This document shows positions 62,554 through 64,000 of a DNA stretch of 64,000 nt, piece after piece (position 1 is the stretch's first letter; each line of letters opens with the position of its first letter). This stretch comes from a bacterium (GTDB lineage: Bacteria; Bacteroidota; Rhodothermia; Rhodothermales; UBA10348). The translations under genes and the position numbers were made by a program. The notes below the pieces were generated by a model, which was given only the letters and a program-made list of their open reading frames with translations, was not told the DNA's origin and ran no database searches. The stretch spans positions 14,213 through 78,212 of the forward strand of contig JABMOI010000025.1 in the NCBI GenBank assembly GCA_013204185.1, in the 5' to 3' direction.

Positions 62554-64000
62554 TTGACCGGAAAAACCTTATTGCACTACGAGATACTCGATGAGATCGG
62601 TAGGGGAGGTATGGGCGTGGTCTATCGAGCAAAAGACGTTCGATTGGGTAGAATTGTCGCTTTAAAGCTGCTAAAAGAGCACAAAACCCGCGATGAGCGA
62701 GGTAAAAAGAGACTTCTTCAAGAGGCGCAATCGGCCTCATCGCTTAATCATCCCAACATTCTAACCATCTATGACATAGGTCAGGCCAATGATCTGGATT
62801 TCATAGTCATGGAATTTGTGGATGGCGAAACGCTTGAAGAGCGGTTGGAAAAGGGGCCTCTTTCGGAAGAAGCGGCGGTTTCCATTGCATTGCAACTCAC
62901 TCAAGGTCTCGGTGCAGCGCATGACATCGGGGTGTTTCACCGCGACATTAAGCCAGCCAACATTATGCTGACCGATCGCGGTCGGGTCAAAATAATGGAT
63001 TTTGGTTTAGCCCAAATTTCTGACACCTCTTCGATTACGGTCGAAAATGGCGTGGTGGGCACGGCGGCTTACATGAGTCCGGAGCAAGCCCGCGGAGAGA
63101 AAATTGACGCGAGAACCGATGTGTGGAGCCTGGGTGTAGTCCTGTATCAAATGATTTCGGGGACGCGCCCGTTTCACGGTGCTTATATGCCCGCACTCAT
63201 TTATTCGGTGCTAAACGAGGATCCGGCTCCGCTAAGTGCAACCGAAAAGCCCCCTTCTTCGCGTTACGTTGAATTGGTAGAAGCGTGTCTAACGAAACAG
63301 GTGGATCACAGAATATCGACGATGCGCGATGTAGAGGCAGTCTTAAACGGCTCGTCGACCGAGTATGGAGGGGCGCCCGTTTCGCGTTTTTCTTCTGTAA
63401 AAGCGAAACGCATGACCTGGGGTGTTTTAGCCATCCTGTTCTTGGCAGCCATTTTTATGATTGGGCGACCTGCGTTTTGGCCCGGACCAGCAAAAAGCGA
63501 CACGATCAAGCGTGTTGCTTTGCTACCTATTCGATCTATTGGAGAGAATAAGGTAACCGACCAACTGATTGAAGGCTTGTACTACAGTATCGCGAGTCAA
63601 TTAACGAGCCTTCATGCGTATCAGAAATCCTTTTCCGTGATTCCGGCTGCAGAAATTCTGTCTCAAATTAAGCTTACGGACACCGCGTCCGATTTGCCAT
63701 TTGATGCAGACATCGTCGTAACCGGTTCCATTCAGCGATTCGACAACATAGTTCAACTCCGTTTTGAACTGACAGACCCGAGCGGTAAAACTTCGCTTAA
63801 CGCTATTCGCCTAGATGCGGACATCGAGAACTTGTTGGTTTTTCAGGACGAAGCCGCTTTGGAGCTTGCGAAGGTCTTAGAGCCTTCGGTTAGTTTGGCC
63901 TCTTCCCAACCAATCGCGCCGGGCTCAACGCTGGAGCCGGGAGCCTACGACTTCTATTTACGAGGCGAGGGGTATTTGCAGCGGTTTACGTCTGAATCCG
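62554..64000 (+). CDS. Membrane Ser/Thr protein kinase (Hanks type) with an extracytoplasmic C-terminal region; 3' end cut by the window edge
   Basis: This ORF is not in the ORF track because it has no stop in the window. My own translation gives YEILDEIGRGGMGVVYRAKD, VALKLL, HRDIKPANIML, DFGLAQ and TAAYMSPEQ, then the TM helix WGVLAILFLAAIFMI. The frame opens after the TGA at 62503-62505. There is no ATG before the P-loop, so a TTG at 62554 or 62572 is the likely start. Confidence 0.88.
   Translation, partial: MTGKTLLHYEILDEIGRGGMGVVYRAKDVRLGRIVALKLLKEHKTRDERGKKRLLQEAQSASSLNHPNILTIYDIGQANDLDFIVMEFVDGETLEERLEKGPLSEEAAVSIALQLTQGLGAAHDIGVFHRDIKPANIMLTDRGRVKIMDFGLAQISDTSSITVENGVVGTAAYMSPEQARGEKIDARTDVWSLGVVLYQMISGTRPFHGAYMPALIYSVLNEDPAPLSATEKPPSSRYVELVEACLTKQVDHRISTMRDVEAVLNGSSTEYGGAPVSRFSSVKAKRMTWGVLAILFLAAIFMIGRPAFWPGPAKSDTIKRVALLPIRSIGENKVTDQLIEGLYYSIASQLTSLHAYQKSFSVIPAAEILSQIKLTDTASDLPFDADIVVTGSIQRFDNIVQLRFELTDPSGKTSLNAIRLDADIENLLVFQDEAALELAKVLEPSVSLASSQPIAPGSTLEPGAYDFYLRGEGYLQRFTSES

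Overview
This is a densely coding 64-kb chromosomal window of roughly 50% GC (estimated by eye). It comes from a Gram-negative bacterium of the FCB group: two secreted proteins end in type-A T9SS sorting domains with the YPNPF signature, and lipoboxes and an outer-membrane (OM) barrel terminus are present. I support about 48 protein genes. I saw no rRNA, tRNA, CRISPR array, transposase or integrase. All family calls come from reading motifs in the supplied translations; no database search was possible.

Gene content in order:
1. A FadL-like OM barrel fragment and a five-gene two-component and sigma-54 phosphorelay cluster (0.6-8.8 kb).
2. A three-gene operon of exported beta-sandwich and barrel proteins ending in LysM, laid out like pilin-chaperone-usher. 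A group-3 sigma factor and a second small exported protein follow it (9.3-15.4 kb).
3. Two T9SS cargo proteins and an M14 carboxypeptidase (15.5-23.3 kb).
4. A coherent sulfur-oxidation island (24.6-38.3 kb). It holds mobA, an FeS/NrfD fusion plus a Tat-less molybdopterin subunit, type II SQR, a TorD-like chaperone, two SulP genes, a CstB-like persulfide dioxygenase-rhodanese and a split YeeE/YedE pair. The motif ACTTG-N6-CAAGT occurs in front of both plus-strand units.
5. recJ and a GAF histidine kinase.
6. A fucose-utilisation locus (43.7-53.6 kb).
7. A BlaI/BlaR1-TonB pair preceded by a triple 14-bp operator.
8. A minus-strand accessory-looking block (56.2-62.4 kb) holding a TacA/TacT-like toxin-antitoxin pair, PadR with an FtsX permease, and the most unusual feature of the window.

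That feature is a tightly coupled two-gene operon encoding a 138-aa helical protein and a CHAT (caspase-like) protease. The C-terminal ~120 aa of the protease is a paralogue of the whole small protein. Both end in the same Gly/Asn/Thr-rich motif, (I)xLNVxGxxHxFTATGxINxGGDF. A membrane Ser/Thr kinase is transcribed divergently from this operon.
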